Part shown: positions 13,041-25,968 of the stretch, piece after piece
How the letters are laid out: every line of letters starts with the position of its first letter
How positions within the stretch are numbered: the stretch's first letter is position 1
Notes under the pieces: model-generated
Told to the model about the DNA's origin: nothing
What the model saw: only the letters and a program-made list of their open reading frames with translations
Database searches by the model: none
Program-made: the position numbers and the translations under genes
NCBI GenBank assembly: GCA_028534125.1
Contig: CM052817.1
Span: 33,048,001-33,112,000 of the forward strand
DNA from: Lama glama
Taxonomy: Eukaryota
DNA: 64,000 nt
Direction of reading: 5' to 3'

Positions 13041-14079
13041 TCCCTGAGCTGAGGGATATGCAATTCTATACCTAAAGAGTATCCAGCAAAATAGATCCAT
13101 GACATGGCACATAATTGTGAAATTTGAAAATACTGGTAATAAAGATAAGATCCTATAAGCTACCATAGAGGGGAAAAAATGTTACAAAGGGTTAGAAATC
13201 AGAACAGTTCAGACACCTCAAAAGCAATAGTAGAATCAAGAAAACAATAAAGCAATGTCTTCAAAATTCCAAAAGAAAGCTAAACCTAAGTTGAATTCTA
13301 TACTCAGTCAAATTATCAATATAATAGGAGGGTAGCATACAGGCATTTTCAGCTCTTCAAGTCCTCAAAAGTTATATCCCCTATATCTTGTCTCTCAGGA
13401 AATTACTAGACATGTCCTCTACAAAAACAGGGGAGAAAAATCAAAAGAGAGGAAGGCATGGAGTAGAGACAAACAGAAGACTCAACCCAGGGGATCTGTT
13501 GATGGTGAAGGAAAAACTCAGGAAAACAACTGTGATCTTAGGCATATAAGACAAGCAGTCAGGCTGGATCAGAATGACTCAGGAGTCAGGCATGTTGAAG
13601 GCTGTCATCATCATGCCCTTTACCTGACAAAAATACTGGGAGGTTGTGCTCCACCAAATCAAGGGAGTAAACCAAGAAAGGTAAAGATAAGAGATCCAAG
13701 AAAGTGACTCCACTTTAGGGGAAAAAAAAAGCGAATGAACATAAAAGGATGACAGCAAAGAATGATAATATCTAGGATGAGAACTGGGCATACCCCTTCA
13801 GAAACAGAATGGAGGTTTATAACAAAAAACAAATAAACAAAAACAGAATCACTTGAAATCCTGACTCTGATGCAATTAATCTTATGGACAATTATAGGAC
13901 CAAAAAAAAAAAAAAGAAGGCTATTAAAACATGTGCAAAAAATTAGTAATCAGTACAAATCAAACAACAAATAAAAAGTTATTTATTAACTCCAGAAAAA
14001 CAAAAAGTAGAAAGGTAAACATAATCGTAGTACATTACAATCAGCTGTGCACATTATTTACCTAAGCATTATTAACATT

Positions 14080-15070
14080 AATTAACAACCCCAGTTCCCC
14101 AAAACACAACTCAAATTTCAGTATATTAACTGTGAATAATCATATAAACTACAGACTGCACTGTTAGTTCTTCAGTCCAAAAATACTGCAGAAATAACAG
14201 ATGTGCATCACAACCGGTGACCAGTCACATCACTTCTTTCAAAGTCTGTTGGTGATTGGCTACTGCATGTCTGTTATCGGGTTCACACACAGACAGCAAA
14301 GTGTGTGCTTATGTTGACTCTTTGTCTCCCAGTGATGAACTCACATGACATTTTACCAGAATGGATAACTGAAAGTTGGAAATTAGCTTAAAAAGACGAA
14401 AGTGCGGCAAATAAAAAGTGACAACACTAGACGTGAAATTCAAACAGAACACTAGCGTAATTAGACAAGTAGCCGACTGTGAGAATGCTGACACTCCTGC
14501 CATTCAAGAAATTCCACATATGCAGCCAGAAGACATGAGTGAAGGTGAACTTATCCACATACATGAGGAAAGTGGTTGTGATGAGGAGGATGAAGATGTT
14601 CAAGTGGAAGTGACACAGGCAAAAAATTTCATGTTAAAGGAACTCTCAGGGATATTCACAACATTGCAAGTGCAAAGGATAAAGTGTTGGAAGTTGATCC
14701 AAACTTAGAAAAGAGCATTACATTTCAGGAAGGCATAGAAAACATGCTTGCTCCTTAGTGTATGTTACACAAGAAGGCAAGCCATGTTCCAACTCTTCTT
14801 GATAAACTTTTTAGCAAAAACAAAAAACCAAAAACCCCGCTTTAATTCTCCGTGTTTCTAGTGTTTGAAATTACAATGCAGTAAATAAACATTAATTTTC
14901 CTTTACATGAGCAAAAGTAGATGAGTTTTTAACTTTCTGACAAAAAACCTTTAAAGGTCATGGGACAACTATAACGTTTCCCATTGATGATTAAAGTTGT
15001 TCACAGCTTCAATCACTTTTTACAGTCATTTTTATCAACACACACCACTGTTCAAAGTGATGACTGTCTG
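14080..15070 (+). mobile_element. Tigger6a-like TcMar DNA transposon remnant
   Basis: Matches recalled Tigger6a consensus ('aataacagatgtgcatc...cacttctttcaaagtctgttggtgattgg'); transposase C-terminal remnant MQPEDMSEGELIHIHEESGCDEEDEDV; right TIR-like 'caaagtgatgactgtctg' followed by TA. Confidence 0.8.
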
Positions 15071-15999
15071 TATTTGATTTTTAAAAATTATACACGTGTT
15101 ACTTTGCCAAAAATTAAATTAACAAAGAAATGTTAACTAGAACTGCTGTGTGAATAAGAGGGGAAGGTCAATGAGGAAATGGTTTCAGAAATCAAAGAAC
15201 AGTCCTGGTGCATGGTAAATATGTGATAGTGTTATTTATAAACAAAGTACTATTGTATACATTATCTTATTTTTGCTCCACTGTTTAAGATAGATGCAAA
15301 TACTTCCTTTCCCCAAAATTAAAAAAATAGCCTCGAGGAAGTTAAAGTAACTTGTCCAGAATCATACAGCTAGAAAGTGGTGAAAAGTACATGAATCCAT
15401 GTTCTAGGATTCTAAGTCTTGCTCTTTCCACATCATTTGCCTTTGAACAACATTAATTCATTGGTTCTTAATCTGCTCTCTTTGCAATCCTTAAAGTTTT
15501 TGAAACTAGCTGGAAATACCCAGGAAACTTCTAATAAATAAAATAAAGGACATAAATGTTTGGGAGTTCCAAAAAGGCAGGAGTCAGTATTAACCCATAT
15601 GTGCCTAGTGCCTCACTCCAAACCTGGCAAACCTTGGAAATTAATACATTTTTGCTAAAAAAGAAAAAGAAAAGTATGAAGGGAGGTGGGAAGGATTAAG
15701 AAAAAAAAAAGGAATGTTCATATTTCACATTTTTCAAATTGCTGTGTTAACAAAACCAATAATCCCTAATGTCCAGAGAAGGACAAACTTAATTAACAGG
15801 AGTACCTGGATCATGGACCTACAGAAATGTGGCTGAGTAGTCTGAAAAGTCAATAATAGAAGGGGTTAAGTAATTCTATCAGGAAATAATCACTTTTTAC
15901 ATATATTATATTCTAAAATTAAAACCTAACATTAGAAACAATAAACTGGTTTATCAGTGAAGTAACAACTGAGTACTATGGATATACCAACAATGGCTC

Positions 16000-16205
16000 T
16001 ACAGACATTTATTAAACAATTCAGGGTATGTCATACACTTTGCCCGCAAGTTACTTCTCTTAATAATCAGAACCATTTGTGACAGTGCTCCCATTTTATA
16101 GAAAAGGAAAGCATGACTCAGCGAAGCTAGGTCACCTATCCAAGGTCCCCAAACCTGGGTTTGCGGCAGAGCTGGTGTGCAAACCCAGTCTTCTGACCCC
16201 CAACC
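16000..16205 (-). mobile_element. MIR SINE
   Basis: 'cccattttatagaaaaggaaagcatgactcag...ggcagagctggtgtgcaaacccagtcttctgac'. Confidence 0.75.
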
Positions 16206-16649
16206 ACGTGTTCCATGCTGCACCATGGCTGTCAGTGTGATGGTAGCAGCCTCTCCTCCCAATCAAAGTTATGTCTACCTGACGCAATTCCAAAGAAAGG
16301 GAAAAGTACATATTTTCAGAATGAATCACAGGAAGAATTGGAAAAATCTTATAAATTAAATATCTTATCAGAATTGTATCTTGAATTAAATGATGAATTT
16401 ACTGCGCAATGTTTCTATGATTTTTGGCCAAAAAAAAAAAAATTCCAGGGGACTAGATTAACCCCAAGAAGCTTGGCCCTTTGAAAATCCACCTGTCTTA
16501 GGCAACTAACCAACTCTTAGAAAGAAGTTATTAGAATACGTTCCATGGAGGCCAATACAAATTGGTCATGGTAATGGATCCAATATTTGAATTCCTAACA
16601 AATACTAATTTAAATTCACTGCTCCTGTGCACAGATTTAGGGTGGAGAT

Positions 16650-16763
16650 TAAAGTGACCAACTCTCTCTGTTTTCCTGGGTCTGAGGAAAATCTCAAGAC
16701 TTAGTATGTTCAGTGCTGAAACAGGGAAAGTCCCAGGCACACTGGGGCCAGCTGATCATCCTA
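16650..16763. mobile_element. MER81-like hAT MITE
   Basis: TIR-like ends 'taaagtgaccaac'/'gctgatcatccta'; internal 'ttcagtgctgaaacagggaaagtcccaggca'; degenerate TGGAG TSD. Confidence 0.7.
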
Positions 16764-17918
16764 TGGAGGTGGCATGACAACAGGGAATACACACACCAAA
16801 ATATAGTGCCTTCCTGCTCTCACTCTCCAAGGTCAAAGTCTATATAATGCTAACACAATATCCACAATCCAAAAGCTTAGTGCTTAAGGCATCCCACCAT
16901 GTCCTTGATCAAAGTAGATGAGAAGATACTCTAGATGAGGGCGTAGCAGCCAGCAAGTCTGCCCCTTTGAACAACAGTCAGACTTGGGTTAATAGCTGTG
17001 CCCACATACCCTTTGAAAACTGGAAGCTGAGGGGTTAAATGTGGTGACTCTCTTTAAAGATCCAATGGAGGCACAAAACTAATGGTCCATTCTTCTGAGT
17101 ATGAGATTGTCCACTTAACTGTTCCTCCCTATATTGCTAATTGTGGGGTCAGAAATAATTTACACTGAACATAATTTAATTATCTAGCCTATGCTTCATT
17201 CATTCATGGATTTATACCCTTACTATGTACTTAACCGATAAGCGTTTGGGGAATATCTATGATTGTCAGACACTGTGTTAAGACTAGGAAAAAGATGACA
17301 AGACACAGCCTCTGCACTATAGAGAAGTGACAGACACGTGTTGCAGAGCCCTTGGGTTGTTTTGCAGGTGACTTTATGATCTCACTCCATTTTTTAAAAA
17401 TCCTAAACTGGAAATAGTGGATGATGAATTTTAAGTGTAGTTTATGCAAAAAAGAGGACAGGGGAACTCCAATTAGCAAATCCTTACTCAAAGAAAAGAC
17501 CTGGCACTCCATCAAAAGATTGATGAATGAATGGATATACTTTATAGAAGTTTTTAAATGCTGATGTGTGTATGCATCGTTTTTATGTTTCTTTTGAGTT
17601 TTAAAATAACTAGTCATCTTCTGGCCCTGATTACCATGGATAAGACTTGAACTATAGTTTTAAGTTCAGAAAGTTGGTTCACTCATCCTCAGTTAACTCT
17701 TTTGTTATTTTCACATCTTGAGACAAACCCTTCCATGATAGACATCTGCACGGGGTAGACTCCACTTGACTCTAATGCTTAAGATTCTGGTCTCCAAACT
17801 GTGGGCAGACAGGAGGGCAGGTGGGTGGGAGTGGGGAGAAGAAGGGGCTGAAGCATTGATACTAAGAGGCTACAAGGAGAGGTGACACAAGAGTGGGAAT
17901 GGAAAGATTTGTTCAGAG

Positions 17919-18433
17919 CAATAGTTCTCAAACTGTGGTTAGGGGACCCTGGGGAACATTTTCAGGGACCCACAAGGTCAAAATTATTTTCACAATAATA
18001 CTAAGACATTATTTGCCTTTTTTGCACTCTCATTCTCTTAGGAGCATACAGTGAAGTTCTCCAGAAGCGATGTAACATGTGACATGACAACAGAGTGAAT
18101 GCAGAAGCAGGCAGGAGAATCCAGCTGTCTGCTATTAATCCAGACATTTTAAAGAGATTTGCAAAATGTAAAACACTGCCTCTCTTCTCACTAAATGTTT
18201 CTGTTTTGAAAAAGTTATTTTTCATGAAAAATCTATTATTTATATTAAATAATATATGTAATCTACCATTGTTATTTTTAATGAAATAATGTTTTTTAAT
18301 AATTTCCTAGTTTTAATTTGTAAAATGGTTGATATCAATAGATATAACCCATATAAACGAAAGCTCTTTGGGATCCATAATAGTGTTCAAAAAAATAAAG
18401 GAGTCCTAAGACCAAAAAGCTTGAGATCCACTG
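17919..18433 (+). mobile_element. Charlie1b-like hAT DNA transposon, full length
   Basis: TIRs 'caatagttctcaaac' and 'cttgagatccactg'; degenerate 8-bp TSD gttcagag/gtttaaac; homologous to both ends of the element at 54422. Confidence 0.85.
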
Positions 18434-18659
18434 GTTTAAACTACAAACTGAAAGGTCAAAACTGCCAGCTAAGGAGTTTGAATTTTTGGCTTAACGAGGC
18501 TATTTTCTACTTTCAATTTGACTACTTCACCTTCACTTTTCCTTCTCTTCTTTGGCTGTCTTATAATATTGGATGGGTGGTATCCACCCAAGCTAAATTT
18601 CCTCCAGCTGAATTTTAAATTATAGGCATGGTACCTCTGTTCCTTCTGCTGAGGGGAAA
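18379..18659 (+). repeat. Inverted duplication arm 1 (source copy)
   Basis: Reverse complement of 20114-20394 with 4 substitutions in 281 bp (hand-aligned). Confidence 0.98.
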
Positions 18660-20113
18660 AAAATTCTAGCACTTAATAAAATTCACTGTTGGGAAAACAT
18701 TCTCCTCCCCTCAAAACCAAATGCTCCTTTCCTTCCCCAAAGTTGGTAAAGTTAACTATGTATCATAGCTTTAAAAGGACCAGGACTTGAAAGAGTCAAA
18801 ACAATACAAAATGTAGGAAGTAGATCTAGCTTGCTGTATTCAGTGCACCCAAGTTGACACAACCATGATGAAAGCGATTAGCCTGTCAGTAAGAATCTGC
18901 CCATCTCACTTCCCAAGCCAACAGCACAGCCCAGGACAGCTTGGAAAAAACATCCAAGTCAAAAGAAAGCAAGAGCTATTTACACATAAACAGAGAACAG
19001 CACAATAACATTAAGGAGATACTGAGTGTTGTGTATATGTGTGAGTGTGTGTGTGTTGGGATGGAAGGGAAAGAGATAAGGAATTAAGGACAAATTACTA
19101 ATATTCATTAAGATACAAAGTAAATTGTTCAGATTAGACACAGAGTTTTAGAGTAGTTATTTTTATGCAATTGCTACGTGGGATCATTTGTTCTTTTGAA
19201 ATCATGGCAGTTTTTAAAAGGAAACCAATTGAACCATTCAAATTCTGCTTTACAAGTGAACCTTAACTCATTTGCAGTCATTACATCAATAATTTTTTTA
19301 ACCAGCACATTCTACTTTTTCTATCTTGATAGCAAATATAGTTGATTTAAAAATATGTATAAATACATAACTAGGTGCAGGTAGTCAGTGGACCAAGAAA
19401 AATATTCAGCCTGAATGTATTCAGTATGGCTGTTCCAATTGTTAAAATATTGAAACACATCTGTAATAATGATAAATGAAGTATGTGTAAACACATATGG
19501 TACACATAAATAGTGTCTAACAATGATTATACTAGAATTATTTAGTAGGCTTAGTATAAAAAGCATTACCTTTTTATAAAGTTTACTGTCTAAAAACAAC
19601 CCAACTGTATGTAAGATTTTAGATATAATTGTCCCTAGCATAAACATAAAAAGATAATAAGTAAAGATACAACTCAAGATTACTATCTTTTTATGTTTTA
19701 TTGCTGCAGGTGTATAGTAAAAAAAATCCTCTTGGAGATGCACAGTGCCAGAACAAAAACTCCAAAACCTTCTTTGGAATAGAATAAGAAAAAAACACTT
19801 CTGACTTAATTCACTTCTCTTCAGGGACCTGACTCTTGTTATAAAGAAGAGGCTGAAATTAAAACCAGAGTGAGTGGGACCTACACAGTCTACACACTTT
19901 CAGTTAGGTCCTATAAAAAAAAAAAGCTCTCTGTCACTTTTAAGAGTTCATACACAAAAACTTCATGCCAATTCAAGCTAAAGGAAAATTTAAAAATTAA
20001 GATGTATAAGCAAATAATAAGCAGCATGTGAGAGTATCAGTGGAATTCTGCTTCGAAAATTTTTTCCTCTTTTTTTCAAAAATTTTTTATTTAAGTGTAG
20101 ATTGAAATGCTAG

Positions 20114-20394
20114 TTTCCCCTCAGCAGAAGGAACAGAGGTACCATGCCTATAATTTAAAATTTAGCTGGAGGAAATTTAGCTTGGGTGGATACCACCCAT
20201 CCAATATTATAAGACAGCCAAAGAAGAGAAGGAAAAGTGAAGGTGAAGTAGTCAAATAGAAAGTAGAAAATAGCCTCGTTAAGCCGAAAATTCAAACTCC
20301 TTAGCTGGCAGTTTTGACCTTTCAGTTTGTAGTTTATACCAGTGGATCTCAAGCTTTTTGGTCTTAGGACTCCTTTATTTTTTTGAACACTATT
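20114..20394 (-). repeat. Inverted duplication arm 2 (derived copy)
   Basis: Carries only the right end of the Charlie1b element plus its flank, so it is the derived copy. Confidence 0.98.
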
Positions 20395-20563
20395 CTGTAG
20401 CAAGGGAACTGTATTCAGTGTCTTGTAATAACCTGTAATGGAAAAGATTCTAAAAAAGAACAGATATACATGTATAACTGAATCACTCTGCTGTACACCT
20501 GAAACTAATACAGCACTGTAAATTAACTATACTTCAATTTTAAAAATGGTTTAGAAAAAAAAA
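20395..20563 (+). mobile_element. 5'-truncated L1 3' end fused directly to the inverted copy
   Basis: 'ctgtagcaagggaactgtattcagtgtcttgtaataacc...gctgtacacctgaaact...aactatacttcaat' followed by an A-rich tail. Confidence 0.9.
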
Positions 20564-20888
20564 GGCTTTATTACAACAAAAAAGCCAATCACTCAATCAA
20601 TCAATCAATCAATAAGAAAGCCTTACTAAAATAAAAAAATCGAAACCCTAATTTAAATTACATGTCAGGGTTATTTGAAATGCTGTCTTCTCTTTCGTCT
20701 TAATAAAGCAAAACAAACTCTCACGCAGGAAGTGGTACAAATGAATCTCAGCTGTATCATGATTCTTATTTTAATCATGGAAAAGAACTAGTATTGGTAA
20801 AGTCCTGGCAAATCGGGAGGTAACAGTAGTCCTAGTAGCAGCAGCAGAGGAGCAGGAGCAGAAGCAGTAACTGCAGAGGTCAGTCTAC

Positions 20889-21035
20889 CTTTGGAGGACC
20901 CACGACGTAGCAGGCACTGGGCCTCGTGCAGTGTACACATTATTCCTAAGGCCCAGAACCACCCCAAAGCCACCCCAGTTACACAAACGAGGAAAAGGGG
21001 GTTTTGAAAGATCAAGAGACTTGATCCTTGGAGAC
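20889..21035 (-). other. Candidate alternative exon (147 nt)
   Basis: Acceptor taatattaccttactttcag|G and donor AAG|gtagac around unique, GC-richer sequence with retained CpGs. Confidence 0.35.
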
Positions 21036-23619
21036 CTGAAAGTAAGGTAATATTAATCATTACAGTGTTTCCTCAAGGAAAGGAGAAAAGAAAATAATAT
21101 CCCTTTTAATTGATGAAGCAACTAAATTGCTAGTAACTATCTATTCTTGACAATATTGCAACAGTTATATGGTTATGCCTCCCCACCTCTAACTCCTTCT
21201 TCAGTGGTGACTTCTGATATGAATTCCCATCTAATAGACATATTCCAGATTTGGGATACAATTTTTAGACTACAACTGCATTGACTGCTTGCTTATTTTT
21301 TTACTTATTACTTATATGAACTTCAAATCAAAGCTATTGTACTAGGGAAAAAATAAGGCAAGATTAAAATGGCATTACCAGGAGAAAGAAGGTAGAACAA
21401 GATTAACATCGTTGCAAAGGTGGTAATCAGGAGCTGAAGAACAGGAAAGCCCAGCAGCCCTACCACGGCTGGCCACACTGCCAGTCCTCGCACCCTGTCT
21501 ACACCACAGGAGCTATGAGAAGAGGCAGCAGAGGAACAAAACAAAACCAAAAAAACTGTTTAACAACACATGGGACTGATTCTGTTCATTGTGTCCCTTT
21601 GTTCCTGGTACCTGACATTACTTTGAAAGAGTCAAATTTCAGTATCACCAGGTTTCCTGCCCACATTGTTTTCCCATTAGGCTTATTACTAAAACAGCTT
21701 TTCACAACATCAGTTAACACTTTCGGAAAATCTTTTTCTATACAACCAGCTTATCTGGGTTATGTCTTCCCTCCTTTTCCCTGCTTTGTTTCTTAAACAC
21801 AGGAAAAATGGTACAAATTTTAATCATGTTCTAAAACAGTGAGAGAAGCAACAATGACTCAATGAGTTAAGAAAATTATAAAATCCTTGGTGTTGAAACA
21901 AAGAACCCTGATTGTGTTACCAACAGTATTGCACATGTATGTGCTTCAACATTCCTCTCAAAGCATTCCCCAAAGAAATTATTTTTAAATGACTGCAAAG
22001 CATACGGCTAAAAGTGACTGCCAAAAAGCTTAATTGTCTTTTCTTCTCCATGGGACAGTGGATATCTGACTATGATAAATTTTTCAAAATATTAAGTGAT
22101 AAATATTTGCTAATAGTATCTTGAACTTACTTTTTTATTTGAAGTTTTTATTTGGTTTAAAAACATTGAGATAACTACTTTAATGACAGTTCTGGAGGGG
22201 GAAAAAAAGACTTCGAACTTTCAACATAAATTAAATTTATTAAATTTAGAAGAACTTTTCCAAATAGCATTTTTTTCTCCTATAATATTGATTTCAAATG
22301 ACTTGCCCAGTACAATAAGGCATTACTAGCTTTCGCTACCTTATTTAATCATGATTTCAGAGATATGTCAAAACATCAAAGGGCTATCATCGCAAGTAAT
22401 AAGCTGGAAGAAAAGGACTGGTGCCAAAAAGTTTAAAGCTCTAATTTGTATTGTGTCTGATTTAATTATTGTTATCTTTGAAAAGTAATATGATTTCAGC
22501 TTTGTGCATTTAATTTGGGACCCAGATATTTGCAGACAAGGGCAGTAGCAGATTCTACAGAAATATATTTACGTAGTACCTCAAAGGAAATTTTGTTTTC
22601 TTCCCCCGAAAAGAGCATGGACTGGTCACCAGATGTGGAGGCCATATGGCATATGATCATGAGAGCTCTGGGACAAAAGAATGGAGCTAATAAGCCCAAT
22701 AGGCAAGAGCAACCACTCTGAGATGACAGACAAATGTTCAGTTCTGCTGACTTTCTCAAAAAAAAATGTATACATATATATATCACCTTATTTTTAAACC
22801 GAGAAGTACAGCTCAGTCCTTTTCTCCAACATCAAAACCTAATTTTTTTGGTTTGAAAGGAAATTTATCCATGTGTAGTTTATTACTTGGTCTGAGTTCT
22901 GTCCTTTTCACGTAACAACTCATGTTGAAGTTAAAAGAAAGAAAACTGAACCAGGAACAGATAGTAAAATTGCTTTAACTAGTGAACAGATAAATTTTGT
23001 TTGCTGTAACTCTCCAGGAACTGTTACAGCTGATCAGTTGCTAAAACCTGTAGGTTCTGTTTCTGGATTATCTCTTGAATTTAATCCTTCCTCCCCAAGC
23101 CTCTGCCCTTCTCCACAAATGTGCATCTTATATGTGAACCCTGCCACACTAAAAGGTCCTGCAGCACGCCACACAGCAGAACTCTGTGTCTTTGAATACG
23201 TAGCGCCTACTACCTACTACTCTGAGTGCCTTTCCCACCCTTCCCCAACTGGTAAATTCCCTTTCCTCCTTCAAAACGTAGTTTAAGTGTCAACTGCTCG
23301 TGAAATCTCATTTGGCTTGCCCAGGCAAAAAATGTGTCTTTTTTTTAATGCCTTTTTCAATGAGCCACTGTGAATAAATCCCCTCAACACATTTCTGTTC
23401 TAATGAGAAAGGAATAAAGATGATACTAATGGCAGCTGACATTTATAGAGGACGCTATTTATGCCAGACACACGGTTAAGTACTTTATGTGAATTATCTC
23501 ATTCAAGGTTATGAACTTTTAGCATATATAGACATAAAGAGCTCTTACAAATGTACAAAAAATACTACATTTGCATTAGACTTTACAGAAACGAGAAAAT
23601 AAAAATCACTCAATCCAAA

Positions 23620-24123
23620 TGAGGTAGACTAAAGACAGTCACAAATTCTTTGTTTCTCCTCCTTTTATGAAGTCCAATTTTATCCCTTCAACTCTGGGCT
23701 GGTTAAAAGAAGTGATGTTCTGGCACCTCTGAGGCTAGGTTATTAGAATAAGCAGTATTACAGCTTCCACCAGTCCCCTGGAACACCCTCCCAGGGAGAC
23801 CGAGCCTCCACGTAAGCAGTCTGGTCACCCTGAGACTGTCATGTGAAGAGGTCATGTGTAGGCACTGCCACTGAGCCCATCCTTCGAGCTGTTCCCCACA
23901 AGCCCAGGCATGTGGCTGTCGCCATCCTGGACCCCCTACTTCAGCCCCTCGCCCAGCCAAATGCCGCCAGGTCACCACACTAGCTGCCATGCAGAGTTGA
24001 AGAACTGCCCAGCTGAGCTCTGCTTAAATTCCTGCCACACAAAATGGACAGCTATGATAAAATGCTTGCTCTAAGCCACTAAATTTTGGGGTAATTTGCT
24101 GTGTAGCAGTACATAACTGGAAA
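23620..24123 (+). mobile_element. MLT1H/G-type MaLR LTR
   Basis: 'tgaggtagactaaagacagtcacaaattctttg...gaactgcccagctgag...taagccactaaattttggggtaatttgct...ataactgga'. Confidence 0.85.
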
Positions 24124-24129
24124 ACCTAC

Positions 24130-25110
24130 CACTTACTGAAAACTGTAATAATCATTTTCATGTGTTTGTTTCCATTATTTCTTCTGATTTTGTCTATGTA
24201 CCTAACTCCTCTTACTTTCTTCACCCTTTTGTTGTTGTTATTTAACAGGGTTGGAGTTATACTATATATGCAGTTTTGTTTTCCATATCCATAGGGATTA
24301 AACTCTTTCTATTAGCATTACATGATTAACATTTCCTCACCTCATTAAAATATTCTTCAATAACTTGCTTTAATGACTACATACTACCTTCTATCATTCT
24401 ATTGTGGAACACTTAGGTTGCTCCTAATTTTTCATTATTATAAATAAAACTGCAGTGAACACCATATAAAGTAAATCATACCGGCATCTCTGATGACATT
24501 CTTAAGATTAATTACCACAAGTGAAATTACCAGGAAAGATATAACTCTTAAGGGTCTCATCATGTTGCCAAAGTGCTTCGACAAAATTCACCCTCCCAAG
24601 AGTAACGTATCTTGATGAGCATGTCACTGAACTCTACCCAACACTAAATTATCAGTTGTTAATCTTTGCTAATATGAAGTGGTAAATTGATTTTCAGCGT
24701 AGCTTGAGTTTACATTTTTTATTAACTAGGAGAAGTGAACATTTGGAGACTGAGGCTTAATGAGGTACATAATTTCCCATAAGATCACTTGGTAAGTGTT
24801 CAGGGCAAAATTCAGATGCAGGACCATCTGATTTTAAAGCCCTTTCTCTTAACCACTAAGCTATAGTTACTATAGCTGGTGATTTTCCCCCTTTGTGATT
24901 AATTCCATGGCTTTTTTGCTTGGAATGTTCTTCCCTATTCCCAGATAATACATGTTCTTACCAATATTTTATAGTAGCTCTCTTTAGATTTTGGGTTTTA
25001 ATTTATCCATTTTATACAGCAGTAACTATCCCCCACCAATTGTTCTTGCCCATTTATTAAAATTCTTCCTTTTCCCATTGGTTTGTGGTACTGCCTTTAA
25101 ACACATTAAA
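24130..25110 (-). mobile_element. Ancient L1ME fragments with an embedded MIR
   Basis: 'gaacacttaggttgctcctaatttttcattattataaataaaactgcagtgaaca' is typical of L1ME. Confidence 0.55.
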
Positions 25111-25968
25111 TTTATTAATATTCTGTAATACTATAGCAACTACTTTTTAACTATTCTGTAGCAATACAAATTATTAGTAATCATTGTTGATGGGGAAGAT
25201 AGTAATTATTACTGAATTAAAAGGGCAAATAGAAAAACAAAAAACAAAAACTACTAGAAAATATTAACAAACATTATTAATACATAATTGACATTATATA
25301 TTGATAAGTATCATAATGTGGGCTAATTAGATGAGTCTTTAAAGCAACATTATTGTTTTCCAGATTTTTACTGACTATTTTTAAGAGTAACTTAATCAAA
25401 TTCTTTAAAAAATCATTTGCTGGAATTCTGAATGACACTGCATTAAATTTACAACTTGAAAGGAAATTTTTATTGAACACCTACTATGTGTCAGGTGGAA
25501 AAACAGCAATAAACAAAACATACAGGATCCCTACCTTTAGAGAGCTGAGAAGATAAAAATAAATTAGGCAATAAGAAGACAAAGTGATCAGTACGAGATG
25601 ATGGGAAGCACCCATGGAAAGGCAGCTAATTTGGACTTGAAGAATAAGGGAAAGTCTTCTGGATAAGTAGAGAAAATGATCTAGTAGAAGAAAACAGCAT
25701 ATGCAATGACACAGAAGCCAGTGAAATAGATTTGCATGCATATTAAGATCACCGTGGCTAAGTATCTCATTACAACTATCATCTCTACCACCAGAAACCA
25801 ACCAACCTACAAAAAGCCCTCTATCACCAATGAAATTATTTTTAACACCCCTTATACAGTTGTCAAATGATTATATTTGCTATAGGTTATCTACCCTTAA
25901 TGGAAAACTGTTTCATGGATTTCCTAGCTGTTACGGATGTCTTGGATCGTCTCATGTCTTTTTACTAC

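Larger units (their letters stand above)
11465..14070 (+). mobile_element. Ancient L1M 5' region (5'UTR + ORF1 remnant), split by MLT1A
   Basis: Begins 'ttaagatggc'; ORF 12678-13052 has L1 ORF1p-like coiled coil MAKIKNSIKSLEDKIEDISQKEQK; A-rich plus strand. Confidence 0.7.

Noticed and set aside
14418..14708. Acidic 96-aa ORF as a domesticated transposase gene
   Set aside because: Short decayed C-terminal remnant within a non-autonomous Tigger; no DDE core or DNA-binding domain.
18289..20403. Two near-identical ORFs (109 aa on +, 82 aa on -) suggesting a duplicated gene
   Set aside because: They are chance translations of the inverted duplication. All four differences change the amino acid, and the frame begins inside a DNA transposon.
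20820..20880. CAG-rich tract as a polyQ/polyS coding exon
   Set aside because: Short and imperfect, with no supporting frame or splice context.
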